Notes: generated from the letters alone by a model not told the origin. Counted from the first letter of the stretch, positions 26,880-39,935 are shown. The stretch is DNA of 64,000 nucleotides from Bispira polyomma (GCA_965649765.1 OZ287753.1:4154001-4218000); one strand, 5' to 3'. Translations and numbers: made by a program.

Positions 26880-27150
26880 GTTATGTACTAGTTAAAATGC
26901 CTAGTGGGCGTGAAAATGCTTTCTTAAGTATCCCTACCTTTGTACGATCAGTTCACAGGTAAAAAAAACATTTTAACAATAGTTTCTCATGATGCTTCTA
27001 AGCAGTGGAATGGTCTGCCTGATGATATTTGTACTGCCTCCTCACTTGCTGGTTTTACGAAAAAGCTCAAAACCTTAGCAATGCTTTTTTTCCATAGCCT
27101 TGTTACCTTTAACAGAGATAAGCACTATAAAAGTTAAATAAGATTAATGT
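26880..27150 (+). mobile_element. CR1/L2-type LINE 3' fragment
   Basis: TTTAACAATAGTTTCTCATGATGC...TGGAATG..CTGCCT...AAAAGCTCAAAACC and AGCACTATAAAAGTT tail, shared with 30850-31180, 39600-39935 and 50815-51130. Confidence 0.8.
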
Positions 27151-27870
27151 TATATGCTTCCTTTACATCAGCATCGCAGCAACGGCCACATACTTATCTG
27201 ATTGGTTAAATGACTTATAGGCACAAGGTTTTCCTTTATAATGTTAAGTAGACCCCTTCTCATGTAACAGAATTCAATTTAAAAAACAGCCACATCTAAG
27301 AAGTGTGATGAATATGTCAAGTGAGAATTGTCATAACCCACTCCAAACCAGGAATATACAAGGAATCTTAGATGTAGTTGCATCAATTAATATTGGAGTT
27401 GTAGAATACACTCAGACTTACGAAGTTATGTGTATCATATATCTAGAACTTTGAAATATACGTAAAACACAGTGTACTCAGGTACATCTCCCAACATATT
27501 CTATAGCATATATCATGACAAATGAGTGCACTGACAAATAAAGAGAGGAACCAATATTATTTCTATTGACTTTTATGGGATAAATTGGAAATATAAGCGA
27601 AAATGATTGCAAAATTACCTTTTTCTTGCTTCTTAGAAGTTTTTACTATTGTTTTTATTGATTTATTGGTGAATATATGATGTAACTGTTATCGTTTGAT
27701 TTCGGAAGTTTTACGAATGAAGTTAACCAACAATAAACTAACTGAAGCTTCAATTTGCACAACACTTTGCAAACTAAGCCTTAACCAAGACCTTACAAAT
27801 CCATTAGCATATCAAGGGCTTTGATTTACAGGCCCCTGGTCCATAATGGCTAGCCAACCTGTGTACTCAC

Positions 27871-28157
27871 CTTACAAATACGATAATCACCACAATGTTT
27901 CCGATTGATCCAATTAGTCCCAGCACAGTTATCACAAGACCGACCATGATGTAGTGGCTGCTGGGAATCGTAGAGTAATCCCAATCTCTGAACAGAAACT
28001 CAACCCCTGCCCCAGGGACGCCCGTTGACTGGCCAGATGGATGCAGGGGCCTCAGGGGCCCGCCCCTACAAGTGACGTTTTCCTGGGCATATCCCAGACT
28101 GCACAACCCAACTGTGTTATTAGCATGTACAAATGACGACATCACAGCCGCCGTCAT
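27871..28157 (-). CDS. Opsin exon 1 (N-terminus and TM1), 287 nt
   Basis: MTAAVMSS...NNT...NVT...HYIMVGLVITVLGLIGSIGNIVVIIVFV; AG|GTGAGT donor at 27870; conserved GN motif; two N-glycosylation sequons. The true start could be Met6. Confidence 0.9.
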
Positions 28158-29773
28158 GGAAATTCATGCGACCACCTATATAGATATATTCCTGATGATA
28201 TGTTATGATTGCTTCTCATTTAGTACATTCTAATATCAGTAAAACAAATGAACATCCATGATTGGTAAACTTTGCCTGTATACCTGCATGGAGGCCGAGT
28301 TTTGTGTCCTCGCTGATGCTTTGATTTACTAATGGTATGCATGGCGAGGGACAGAGCATTTATAATAAGCAAAAGTCAACAAATTTGATATTGCACCTAT
28401 AACACAAAAAATGCATCATCTTTCTAGTCTGTGGTTATATATTGATTAATACAATAGCCGTACACAATATTATAACTTATGACCAATCTAAAAGCACTTG
28501 ATTAAATATCACTATTTGAAAATACTTATTGTATTTCCCCTTGAAGAAAACAGAATAAACTTCTATGTTAGACTTATTGAGTTTTGCTTATGGTACCGTC
28601 TCTGTCACATAATAGCCACATAAGTAAAACACAACTGTTTCGGCGTCAAAGAACAGAACTCGGTCTAACCTGCAGGATGCTAGAATATACATGTAGTCAA
28701 GCAGCTCTTGTACACTGTGTTTTGTGCTGTTGAATAAATAGAGTTCAGTGCAGTATACATTCGTGTAGGTCAAAAATATATAACTAAACTGCATTCAAAG
28801 AAAGGAAACACAAAAAAATTCTCAAGAGTAGTGATTAGTTATCACATTTATAGTAGAAGAACATATATCATGTCTGTCACATATTCTATTATTAATTCCT
28901 TTAAACACTTTGAAATAACAACATATATAATCTTTACCATCCAGCTAATATGAAGGCTTTATTACAAACAGAATACATTTCAACTGCATAAAGTATATTA
29001 TATTTGTCAAATATCACAAGATGAAATGCATCTGTTAATTACTTACTGTATGCTGGCTAAACCTTTTGTGAGTATGACAAATGGAACATGGAATTTCCCT
29101 TATTTATTTTTTCCTTTGACAGATCAACGCAATCGTCATTTAGGGTGTTATTTACCACACTGAATGGCAACTGTTTCTGTCCTCCATTCCATTCTAAAAA
29201 AGTTACTGACGAAAAGAAAACGAAACAGCTGTGTACTTCCGCATTAAGTTACACCTCCGACACCTTATTCTGTTATCTTTTTGAAGGTAAATTTCTATGA
29301 CGTTCACTCCATATTTGTATAGTTTATTATAATTAGAAAACTTTATTGAACTGCTATATTTAGCTGCTGCTGACCTATAACTTTGACCAGTATTTGCTTT
29401 ACATAGACATCAAATCATCTAATTGTTGTCGTTTTTTAAATTTTAATTCCGTAACACTTCATTAACCCAATATTTATCGTTTACCTCTCTACTTTTTTGT
29501 TGTTGTTTTTGAGCTCAGACAACTTGTTTCCTCGTTACTCATAAAATACACACACACTTCTATATCCAGTTGCCAATCCCCCTGGATCTCATCAGCACTA
29601 ATTATAACCCACAAATATAACCAACAACACACATATCCTCCCAGATATATATATACACAGATACGGGTATATTTATAGGAAATCTGCAATCTTGTTTCAT
29701 AAGATCCAAGTACTGACATATCTCCATAAGAGAGAATATGCTAAAAGACTGTTAGTGACAGAATACCAGGATA

Positions 29774-30171
29774 CTATGGAGCCCCTAAAGTGACATAGCA
29801 AGGAAATGAGATTTAAAAAGAAAATATTGTTACCGCAAGAGAGCAAGTTGTTACCTCAAGATAATAATAATTTATTTCTTTTAATTAATAAATTGTTACC
29901 TCAAGATAGAAAATCATTACCTCGAGATAGTATGTCGTTACGAGATCCTATCTTGAAGTAACAAGATGCTATTATGAGGTAACGAGATGCTCATAACAAG
30001 ATGCTATCTTGTGGTAAATACTTACTATCTTGAGATAACAACTTACTTTTTTGAGGTAAAGGCTTAATTTATTGAGGTAACAACTTATTTTCTTGAGGAA
30101 TGACTCATTATCTTGAGAAAATATTTTTTTTAAATGTCACCCATTGCTGTGTCACTTTAGGGGTTCCGTAG
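29774..30171. mobile_element. MITE with ~28-bp TIRs and an internal inverted array of ~21-bp repeats
   Basis: CTATGGAGCCCCTAAAGTGACATAGCAA ... TTGCTGTGTCACTTTAGGGGTTCCGTAG; TTACCTCAAGATA units in the left half and TATCTTGAGGTAA-like units in the right half. No clear TSD. Confidence 0.85.
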
Positions 30172-30424
30172 GGTAAGGCAATTAACTTTTAATACTCAAC
30201 AATGCACATGTATATTCATGTGAGAGTAGAGACCATTTTAGGAGGGTTCTGAAATGTTTATTTACCAACCAATTAGGCTAATAATATTAAGCATCTACAA
30301 GAATAGAGATTACTTTCTCATTAGGTCTTTATATTATGTATAGATCTTGAGGGGTCATAGATGTTGTTATTAAAGGAAACAATATTAATATGTGGTGATG
30401 TATATAATGTTGGTAAGCTAATGA

Positions 30425-31185
30425 GAAAGTCCAAGTTTACTCACAATACTCATGTTTTGAATTTGGATATTTAACGTCCACTCTAGTACCTTTTAGTAGG
30501 TTATATTGGGACGGGTAGTTGGAAACGCTGGAGGAAATACTGCATACAGTCGGTCAAGGTTCTGCAGAGAAACCAGCGGCCCACAGTAAGGAACTACCAC
30601 CTTTCCCACATAGGCATTGACGGGATTCGAACTCACGCCGCCCAGAGGTGAGAGACCAGTGATTGTGAAACGCAATGCTTGCTAACCACTAGGCCACCGC
30701 GGCCCCAATACTCCTGTTTTAAAAACCCTCCACTGGCTATTGGGTATAGAGCAATATTCACAACTGCTACCTTAGTTTACAAATATCTCAATTCAGGTTT
30801 CCCTCGGCATTTCAGTGCTAATTTGTCTCCCCATATATGTCAATACAAGGGGTAGTAGGCCGAAAAATGTTCCTACCTTTGAACAATCAGTTCACAAGTA
30901 AAAAAGACATTTTAACAATAGTTTCTCGCATGATTCTCCTGAGTTGTGGAATGATCTGCCTCATGATATCCGCACAGCCTCCTTACTTGCATGCTTTAGC
31001 ATAAAGGTCAAAACCTACCTATTCAGAAATGTTTTTCACCATAGCCTCTTTACCCTTTTCTGGTGTTTCAATGGTTACGCCCTGTACATACAATGGCTAT
31101 ATGAATTTGTCAAAACGATTTTCTGTCTCATGCACCTTAGAATCTGCAAGAACAGAGATGAGAGCTATAAACATTAGTTTAGAAT
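30425..31185 (+). mobile_element. CR1/L2-type LINE 3' fragment interrupted by a SINE
   Basis: SKFTHNTPVLKTLHWL is restored when the SINE is removed; LWNDLPHDIRTASLLACF..KVKTYLF follows. Confidence 0.8.
30459..30706 (-). mobile_element. tRNA-derived SINE family A
   Basis: Full-length reverse copy; 14-bp TSD AATACTC(A/C)TGTTTT at 30445-30458 and 30707-30720. Confidence 0.92.
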
Positions 31186-32539
31186 AACGTATTGTGATAA
31201 TTAAACTGGCCACGGAACAGCTGGATTCTTAACTATGGTATAGGTGAAATACATGTTCTTTGTAAAAGTCCTGCTTACAGAAAACTAAGAGTTACTCTAT
31301 ATAATGCTGGTATTATTGCTTAATGTTTAACTATCCGTAATACTGAAAAGTTTTGAAACTATTGTAAAACACTTATTGACAAGGTTTTAGCAAACTACCT
31401 TGATGAATCTTGGGAACATACGTCAAAAGAATTATTCTTAGAAAACCCAGGATTTTTTAGTATTCACTGAAATCTTGTTCTACATATTTGGAGAAGAGAG
31501 TATTGTGGTTGCATGGTTATCATAAAACATGTGTGCCTACATTTCTATTCACAATTCTAATCTAATAAAATTCTTATTCTTAGAATTAAAGAACATTTTC
31601 TACACTTTAGAATAATTCTTTTTCTAAGTATAAAAATGCTAGTGAATACCGCCCCTACAGTCTTTATAAGAGGTGGTAGCAGCCAAGTGCCCAGATTTCA
31701 AACCCAGTGTTGACCAACTAATGACCAACCTAGCATAACCTAATGAAGAAATGACCATAAGAATGTGACCTTTGAGTATCACCTTAAATGATAGGTAGCT
31801 AAAGATATATCAATGAGAAGATAATTTTTTTTTATATAAATATATTTTTTTTTTGAGCTGTCGCACATCACCTATATAACATGTAAGTGTGTTAAATAAA
31901 CATCGGTCTGTAGTATACATTAAATTAGCCTCAAACTTTAATATAGTTAAATCTGCAATACAATATAAAATGATCTCACTGTTTACCATTTTCTACACTG
32001 CCTGAAGGAGAGATGGAAGAATGTGTCATAATATTATAGTGCAGTAAACCTGTTTAATTATTGGTATAATCTGACAATGAATAATCTGACAATATCTCCT
32101 TAAAATAGAGCCTGGTGGCTATAACTAGACAGAGAGAGGGGGGGGGGGGGGGGCTTTTTGCATTTTTGTATTTACTATTATATATGTATCAATAAGGACG
32201 TGACTTTAGAATGAATCAGTGGGATATCCTTAAGGTAGTATGTTTGTTAAAACAATAGGAATAGTCTCTGTATCTCTTCCGTAGCCCATTGATTTTTACA
32301 AATATACCATTTTAAATTCTGGACAATTTGAGAAAACAATTCATCCAGTCCAATTATATATGGTAGAATCTACTACAGATAAATTTTAGAATTTCCCTGT
32401 CTGCAGGAATGAAAAGTAGATCCGATAAATATGTATAATATATACCAGTAGGCGCGTTGACAAGTCGTCAGGTCATTTAAATATTTGAAAGATTTTTCTC
32501 TTATGTATTTTAAATTTTTAACAAAATACATTTTTTTGC

Positions 32540-32559
32540 ATGACAACCTATATATGGCG

Positions 32560-32593
<34 letters not shown>

Positions 32594-32960
32594 AACTATA
32601 TTAATCAAATATCTATAAATTTATAGGTTATTACTTTTTTATTTATTTTTTACATGACAACCTATGTATGAAGATAATATAAAGAGGAACTATATTAATC
32701 AAATATCTATAAATGTGTTGGTCATTATTTTTTTGTTAGTTTACATGACAACCTATTAATGAGGATAATATTTAGAGGAACTATATTTTATCAAATATCT
32801 ATGATTCTTTGTAAGCAATTTTTTTTTTTTTCTTTTTACATGTCGCTCTGTCAACTTGACAACCTATATACACTATATCTTCATAACATCTCAACCTGTC
32901 TACCTATATGTGAAAATAATATATAGAGGAACTATATTTTGTCATATATCTATAATACAT
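32540..32960. repeat. ~100-115-bp tandem repeat, ~4 copies
   Basis: CATGACAACCTAT...GATAATAT...AGGAACTATATT..TCAAATATCTAT recurs; the first copy contains an expanded (TA)n. Confidence 0.8.
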
Positions 32961-32979
32961 AAATTTCTACACTATTGTG

Positions 32980-33365
32980 TTGTTCTAGTACAATTTCTCC
33001 AAGTGATGGTAAGTTTTGTTCTGGTACATTTTGTATAAGGGATGGTATGTTTTGTCCAAGTAGATTTTGTTCTAGTGGTATGTTTTCTTCTAGTACATTT
33101 TATCCAAGTGGTATAGTATTTTTTGTTCGAGTGCATTTTGTCCAAGGGATGGTATGTTTTGTTCTAATACATTTTGTCCTAGTGGTATGTTTTGTTTGAG
33201 TACATTTTGTCCTAGTGATATGTTTTGTTCTAATACATTTTGTCCTCGTGGTATGTTTTGTTTGAGTACATTTTGTCCTAGTGGTATGTTTTGTTTGAGT
33301 ACATTTTGTCCTAGTGGTATGTTTTGTTGGACTACATTTTGTCTAAGGGGTATGTTTTGTTCCTT
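32980..33365. repeat. 30-bp minisatellite (two 15-bp halves)
   Basis: AGTACATTTTGTCCTAGTGGTATGTTTTGTTTG repeated ~12 times, degenerating to the left. Confidence 0.9.
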
Positions 33366-36300
33366 TAATAATACATATTGCTTAGATAGGAAAGCACTTG
33401 GACTACATAAGTAGAATATTTTGAAAGAAAATTAAACATATTTTTATCAATGGCCGCACAAGGAAAAATTCGATTAAATGGTCATCATTTTATAAAATGT
33501 TATTGTGTTTGTATGACAAGATTGACTTGGCAGCAATTACATAAAATAAAACAAATAAACTTATATGCCGCCTTTTTTTAAATTTTAATAGTCTATCTTA
33601 AAGTATTTATACTGGTAAGTAACATATACAGCTGTCTTTGACCTTGGGAAGATCTGTCAACAATGTGTATACAAATAAAAGTACTGTCGAGTAAGAGAAG
33701 ATAAAATAGATATTTGTTGTTTCTGTTGAAATATGTCTTAATATAATAAACTACTCTACTTACATATTCATTGCTTTATCAAATAGAGTTTTTAATTACC
33801 TACGATTAGAAAGGTGGACACGTGATCCCAAATGACAGAACATAAAAACATATATATTTGTCTCTAAAACCCCTACTAAAACGAGGCTTTAAAACAGCCC
33901 ATTTTAACACATGTAAACATCACGTTAATTATATATAGAGAAGAATATAGAAGAAATTTTAAAGGCGTTAAACAGATATTAATAGCAAAATGCATGGGAC
34001 TCATCCCTATCACACCAGTATCTGTTAGGTGCCAGTCTAATTCCTGAGTGATTGATATTCACCGACACCATAGTGATTATGTCTACATAGTATTAATTTT
34101 GTAGCTGCAATTAAGTTTCCGTTAGAGGCTGGTGGTGTACGTTGATGTGTAAGCTTGTGATGTTAGCCACGTCTTCAAATATGGTCTATATGCTTTCCTT
34201 ACGCATTTCATTACATCTTGTTACCCATGTCTTAAATAGGTTGCATTTGCTTCATTCACGTATTTCACATTTCTGGTGATTATTTGTATGTATACTATGT
34301 CTTAGTACAATATTTTACGTTCGTATACGCATAGACGTAGATGTGTAATACATTTCCACCAAACGCAGTTACCGTTTTAGTTAAGATTGCCCAAAACGTC
34401 TTTAAATGTAGCATATTTCGTGCTGCTCAAAATGATTGATTTTTCTCATGTTTTACTAACGCAAGCATAAGGTTATATATGACATCATAGGTTTATCATA
34501 CAAATACTTACGTTTCACCTCCTGTTTGCTAATCTAAGTGTTATCGAAACGGTAGCCTAGAGCTTAGTGTTAGTTTGCTTAACTGTTTGATATTCTCATG
34601 GCGATTTACAATTGCTACAGTAACTATATATTATTATTATTATTATACCAACCTACAAGTACTTATTTGCATTAATATATCATTACTTTATAATATTTCC
34701 GTAATTTTCCCGTTGTATAGAACATAGTAAAATGCTGTGTCAGATTTGTCCAGTTTTTCTTACATTTTAACTGCTCTGTCCCTCGCTGTGCGTTTGGTCC
34801 AAACTTAACATCGGGATTTACATTTAATTTACATTATGCCATCACACAACAAAAAAGTTTAATTTTAAACAATTTATTTCCTCACATATTTGTTGTGCAC
34901 CAAATCTTGTTTAAATGTTGTATCAGTAAAGTAGACTTACCCCCTTAATCATATGTACATGTATAGGTACACATCTATAAGAATTGATAGTATTTCTACA
35001 ATGTGCTTATTGATTTTTATGGTATTAAAAATATGAAATAAAATATACTTTTGTGTATGTACTTTCTGTCTCATCAAATTTTTTGCTTAAAAAGTTGTGG
35101 CCAAAACAATAGCCCCACCTCCGTGGCAAAATCAATGCCACTGTGTGTAAAATCGAGGGTGTTCAAGTAGACAACCATCCAAAGTATAGATGCAGCACCG
35201 TAATTCCTAGCATGCTGGAACAGGTGAAGGAAAAACACAAAAATGCCAGATGTCCCTCACAGTCACATTGTCTCATATGGACAACAAGACACATTACAGG
35301 TGCTACCCTTATAGTAATTGGCTTTTGTTAAGATTCCAGTGTAATTACATGTGCTGGATAGATTCTTAATGGCATTATAATAAGGAATAATAATTCTTTA
35401 TCTACCTCCAGCAACACCTCACAGGCGGGGATCATGACAGTCGTTTTTGACATTGAAGCCACAGTTAATGAGGTCAGTGGTTGGGGTTGACTCTGAAAAG
35501 GAATATGTATGCAGTAATGGAACTCTAAGGTGTCACAAATACTGTTATTGTCCTTATTGGAAAGCTAGCAGATAGAATACAACTCATATTTTGTTGATAT
35601 GACTATGCTTTGCTGCTCAAAGGAAAGAAATGCTGCAGAACCTCAACCAATATTTTCATTTGAGTAACATAAGTAAAAATGATTCAGCCAGATCTTTATT
35701 GTATGGACTAGGGTCTTTTGACAAAGATTTGCTGTTGTGCAGTAATATATATACATATAACTGAAACTCACAGATTTACTGGCAATTTTTTAATGTAAAA
35801 TTTTGTCTTGGTTATATGTATACTATTACAATTCACATATTTGCAATTGTCTTTCTAGCAAAATAGTTATATTTGTATGTAACTATTATATTTACAGCGT
35901 TTATACACAAATTTATTAATTGTCAACAAATAAATCATGTTTAAATTAATAAAATTGTTTTGATGTATGAACTGTTTTGATCCAATACTGACCAATATAT
36001 ACAAACGTATTGGTAAAAGTGGCATTGGAAATAATGTAGAATGTGAACAAAAGGGTTCACTCCCACAAAATGTTCTATACTACCGCTAATAGCACACTCA
36101 CACCTACACGTGATGGCGTCCCCCAACGTAGCAAAGCAATATAATTAAAAACAGGGTGGTTACATCTCAAAGTGACGTCATATTCACGAAGGTGCAGTCG
36201 ATTGTGACGTTTTGTGACGTTTTTGTGATGATTTTAGTACTTGTACACACGAAACGGGGGTCAAAAATCGACCAGTTTATTGAAAGTTATCACTACCTTC

Positions 36301-37437
36301 TATTACATAGATTTACTTTACTGCTACTTACTGGTGCGTTCTGTTGCCTTCTACTACTTAGTGAAACGTTTCTTGACTAATGGAGACGAGTAGAAGACAA
36401 TCTCACTACTTACTGCTACTCTCTGCTACGTCAAGCTACTTATACAGACGAATGTAGACGCCCTTGGAAATGGAGAGCTCTGTCAGGTTTCTGCAATGAT
36501 ATCATCCGTTAACCAACGTCCGGGAACGAAAGCACGAGGGATCCTAACTTTTGCATTACCTTCTATCACGTCTGTACTAGGTAGCTCCAGTATGTGTAGG
36601 TGTGACTGGGCTATAACAAAAGTTGTATTTTTTTAAAAGACACAGACACACAATGTGAGAAATATTAATCTGACACCCCTTCAGTTTGGCCAGGTCGATT
36701 GCTTTCGAGCAATCCATGAAGGCCTTACATATTATTGCCAGCATGGTGGCTCCTTCCAACATGGTAAAAAACATGTGCTACGGCAACATTGCGATAATGA
36801 CGTGTTAAATAAAAAATAACAAATCAAACAAGGATAATATGGTGTGTAATGATGTCAGACTGATAATAATTATTTATCTTATTTATCTTATTATTCAAGA
36901 AACTCCAACATATGATTCCAAAGTCTTAATGCAAAACATTTGGGGTTGTGCATTTTCAGTGGCTACATCAACATTATAGAACCCTCTACCAGAAGACGTC
37001 AATACCTTAGTTTATGTTGACAGTTTTAAATCAAAATTGAAAATTTATTTATTAAGAAAAGCCTATAGCCAAACCTAATAGCCACTATTGTATTCCTTGA
37101 CAAATAAGTTGTAAGAGTGTAATCTGTTGTGAGTGACTTGTTGCCATTTGTAAAGTGCCTTGGAACAGAAATTTGTCTGAATGATAAATATAAGTATTAT
37201 TATCAAAACAATTTAATGCTCACCTGTTGGAAAATGCAAAAAAACAAACTTATTTTGTGTAAATGTCCTACTTGCATGCCAGTGTAAGTGGAGGTCATTA
37301 TTAGGGTCTAGAGTTTCCCCTGGTGACCACGGGAGGTTTCTATTAGCACAGTTCAGCCATGCTGTGAATCTGAGCCAACTCGTTCTGTACCCACAGGTGG
37401 GGGTCTATTATGAGCAAATCAGGCACTATCGAATTGA

Positions 37438-37510
37438 CTGTGGAGAAAACAGCATTGGAAAATAATTTGTTTCTTTTTTATACCCTTCTTCCTTCCACTT
37501 GAAAGTCAAG
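37438..37510 (+). CDS. Speculative signal-peptide exon of the CxxC-repeat gene (begins at CTG, no in-frame ATG)
   Basis: LWRKQHWKIICFFFIPFFLPLESQ-G with a phase-1 AAG|GTATGT donor, compatible with the phase-1 exons downstream; in-frame TGA immediately before the CTG. Confidence 0.25.
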
Positions 37511-38094
37511 GTATGTCATGCAAAGTTTGATTATATGTAAAAGTGGGGTGTTCAGCTTCAACATCAGTATTCATATTATGTGTCATTATAAATTTTTGTA
37601 ACATCTTAATTTTTCAGATTTCAAGTGCGCACATTACAAGGCCCCCTTGCTCAAAGTGATTCATTCAAGTTTATAGCAAAGTTTATCAAATTGTTTCACA
37701 CCGGTCACATAAATCATCAATTGTATGCTATTGTATTTTTATAGCACCTCATTGATGCATGGCATCTTATAAAGCGCAACATTGGAGAAGTCCAAAAAGA
37801 ACAGTCAAGGCCATAAGGAAGAATGTGGGGGTGTAGAGGGGGGTAATTAAGGGAGTAAACGAGTTTTAAGTTTTTACGTTTGTACATATGCATAGATTTT
37901 CTTTCTTAATTGGCAATGTATAGGTGTGATAAGATATTTTGAACTAATACTATGTATTCACATTGACTATCGTATTTTCTAATTTCATAAACACATTTCC
38001 CTCCCTGTCTTTGCCATTTCATGTGTTTAGACTTTGTTTGAATGCAGGAACGAAATGCAACTATAAGATTACACTAAATGGTCTCTGTGATGGT

Positions 38095-38430
38095 TTCTGT
38101 GGCCTAGTGGTTAAAGTGTCGGACTTTGTATCTGAGTGATCTGAGAGTCCTAGTTCGCTCTTCGCTGCAGGCATAGAGATTGTACCCTTGGACAAGGTAC
38201 TTTACACAATGTTGTCCCTCTCTACCAATGTGTAAAAATGGGTGCCTGGCCACTAATGGGTGTTAGTCTTTGTGGGCCCTTTGTGGCAGCATGGCCAGTA
38301 TGATTCTTGAGGGAGCTGAGACTGAACAATTGGTTGACAAGTGTCATAACCCAAACTGGGGGTGTAAACTGTAAAGTTGGCTGAGACCTCACAAGAGGTA
38401 ATATCAGACTATAACCCTACACATATTTAT
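38095..38430 (+). mobile_element. tRNA-derived SINE, third family (Meta/Deu-like central domain possible)
   Basis: GTGGCCTAGTGGTTAAAGTGTCGGACT A box, AGTTCGCTC B-box remnant, CCCTTGGACAAGGTACTTTAC...TGTAAAAATGGGTGCCTGGC core. Confidence 0.65.
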
Positions 38431-38578
38431 GTTTAAATATTGTGTTTGTACCTGTTCCTCTTCTATGGTTACAGAGAAGTGTACAGAATAATAGTTACAT
38501 GACATATACCACAGTAAAGCCAGAAGGGCACTCAGTAGAGGGCATACCTCTGCCAAAATGTTTAACATCTGTTAAATT

Positions 38579-39935
38579 GTGAAAAAATTATTGTTCTTTA
38601 CCAATAAATTAATTCGTCACAATCACTACAAATCAGTCATTGAAAAAAATTCACAAAACGGGAAAAAGCTCTTGCAAGAATTGCGCAGAGTCCTCCATAC
38701 CACACCTGAGTCCATCCTTCCAGCATTCAAATCAGGAAAATCTTTGGCAGAAAAATTTGGGGTTTTCTTCACAGTGAAAAAATTAAAAATATCAGAAACA
38801 TGTTCTCTGGCTCAAGTACATGTTGCATTCCCCCTACCCGACCTCCACAAAATTTCTTTGGCTTTACTCAAGTTTCACAAGATGAAGTCCTTAAAACTAT
38901 AAATGAATCCCCCACTAAAACCAAACATAGCAATATCAAGTACCACTTTTATGCTGATGACACACAGCTGTTGCTCATCTCTCATATAAAAATGCCACAA
39001 CTGTTCTCGACAGTTTAAAAGGTTGTCTCAGTGATGTTCAAAAATAGATGTTTGCCAACAAGCTTAAATTAAACCGGAACAAGACTGAGTTTATACTATT
39101 CGGATCAAGAGCACAGACTGATAAATTTAAGGATTTTTTCAATATTTTAGGAAACAGGGTGTACCCTGCAGATGCTGTCAAGAACCTGCGGGTGTGGTTT
39201 GATTCTACGTTTTCCTTCTCCAAACAAGTTTATGAAGTTTGCAAGTCTTGCTTCATCTAAATGAGGGATCTAAGAAGGGTTAGGTACTATTTGTCAGCCA
39301 GTACTGCTACTATAGTTGCAAATGTCCTGGTTACTGCAAATCTCTTTACAGAAGTTTATCCAAGGCTGACATCCGTCAGTTGCAATGCATCCAAAACTCA
39401 TAAGCCAGACTGGTGGCCAACCATTCCAAGTACTCCTGTGTTACTCCAGTCTTGAGATGTCTCCACTGGTTACCCATTGAGTTTAGATGTATGTTTAAAA
39501 CAGCTACCTTAGTCTACAAATTCTTAACTTATGGCCTTCCAGCATATTGGAATCTATACCTCACACTTTACACATGCAGTCATAATACCAGAAGGAGCAG
39601 ACCGGATAAAAGTTATGTGACAGTTCCAAGATTTATCTCATCAGTACACAAATCAAAATGTCAGTTTAACAATAGCTTTGCCCATGATGCTCCAACACTT
39701 TGGAATGAATTACCTGCCAAAATTTGTTGTGCAACCTCACTCACATCATTTAGAAAAACCTACCTTTTCGACAAGGCTTTTCCACCATAGCCCTAAATTC
39801 ATCCAGTGTCTCCATGGTGCTGACCCATGTTTGTCTAACGGAAATGCAAATTGAATAAGGATACTGTCCTGTGCCTTAGAATCCCCTAAGAATGAGAGAT
39901 TAAGCCCTATAAAAGTTAGATTGGATTAGATTAAA
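38579..39935 (+). mobile_element. CR1/L2-clade LINE, truncated and internally deleted RT pseudogene
   Basis: YHFYADDTQL (RT YADD motif), NKLKLNRNKTEFILFG, KNLRVWFDS, TPVLRCLHWLPI, LWNELP; (ATTAG)n-like tail; frameshifts. Confidence 0.92.

Noticed and set aside
28175-28345. Opsin TATA/CCAAT promoter
   Set aside because: Two TATA candidates and a possible splice acceptor at ~28177 conflict; the TSS cannot be placed.
32975-33414. Cys-rich repeat protein (MFCLSTFCPSG)n
   Set aside because: Translation of a 30-bp minisatellite; no splice signals or relation to the CxxC exons.
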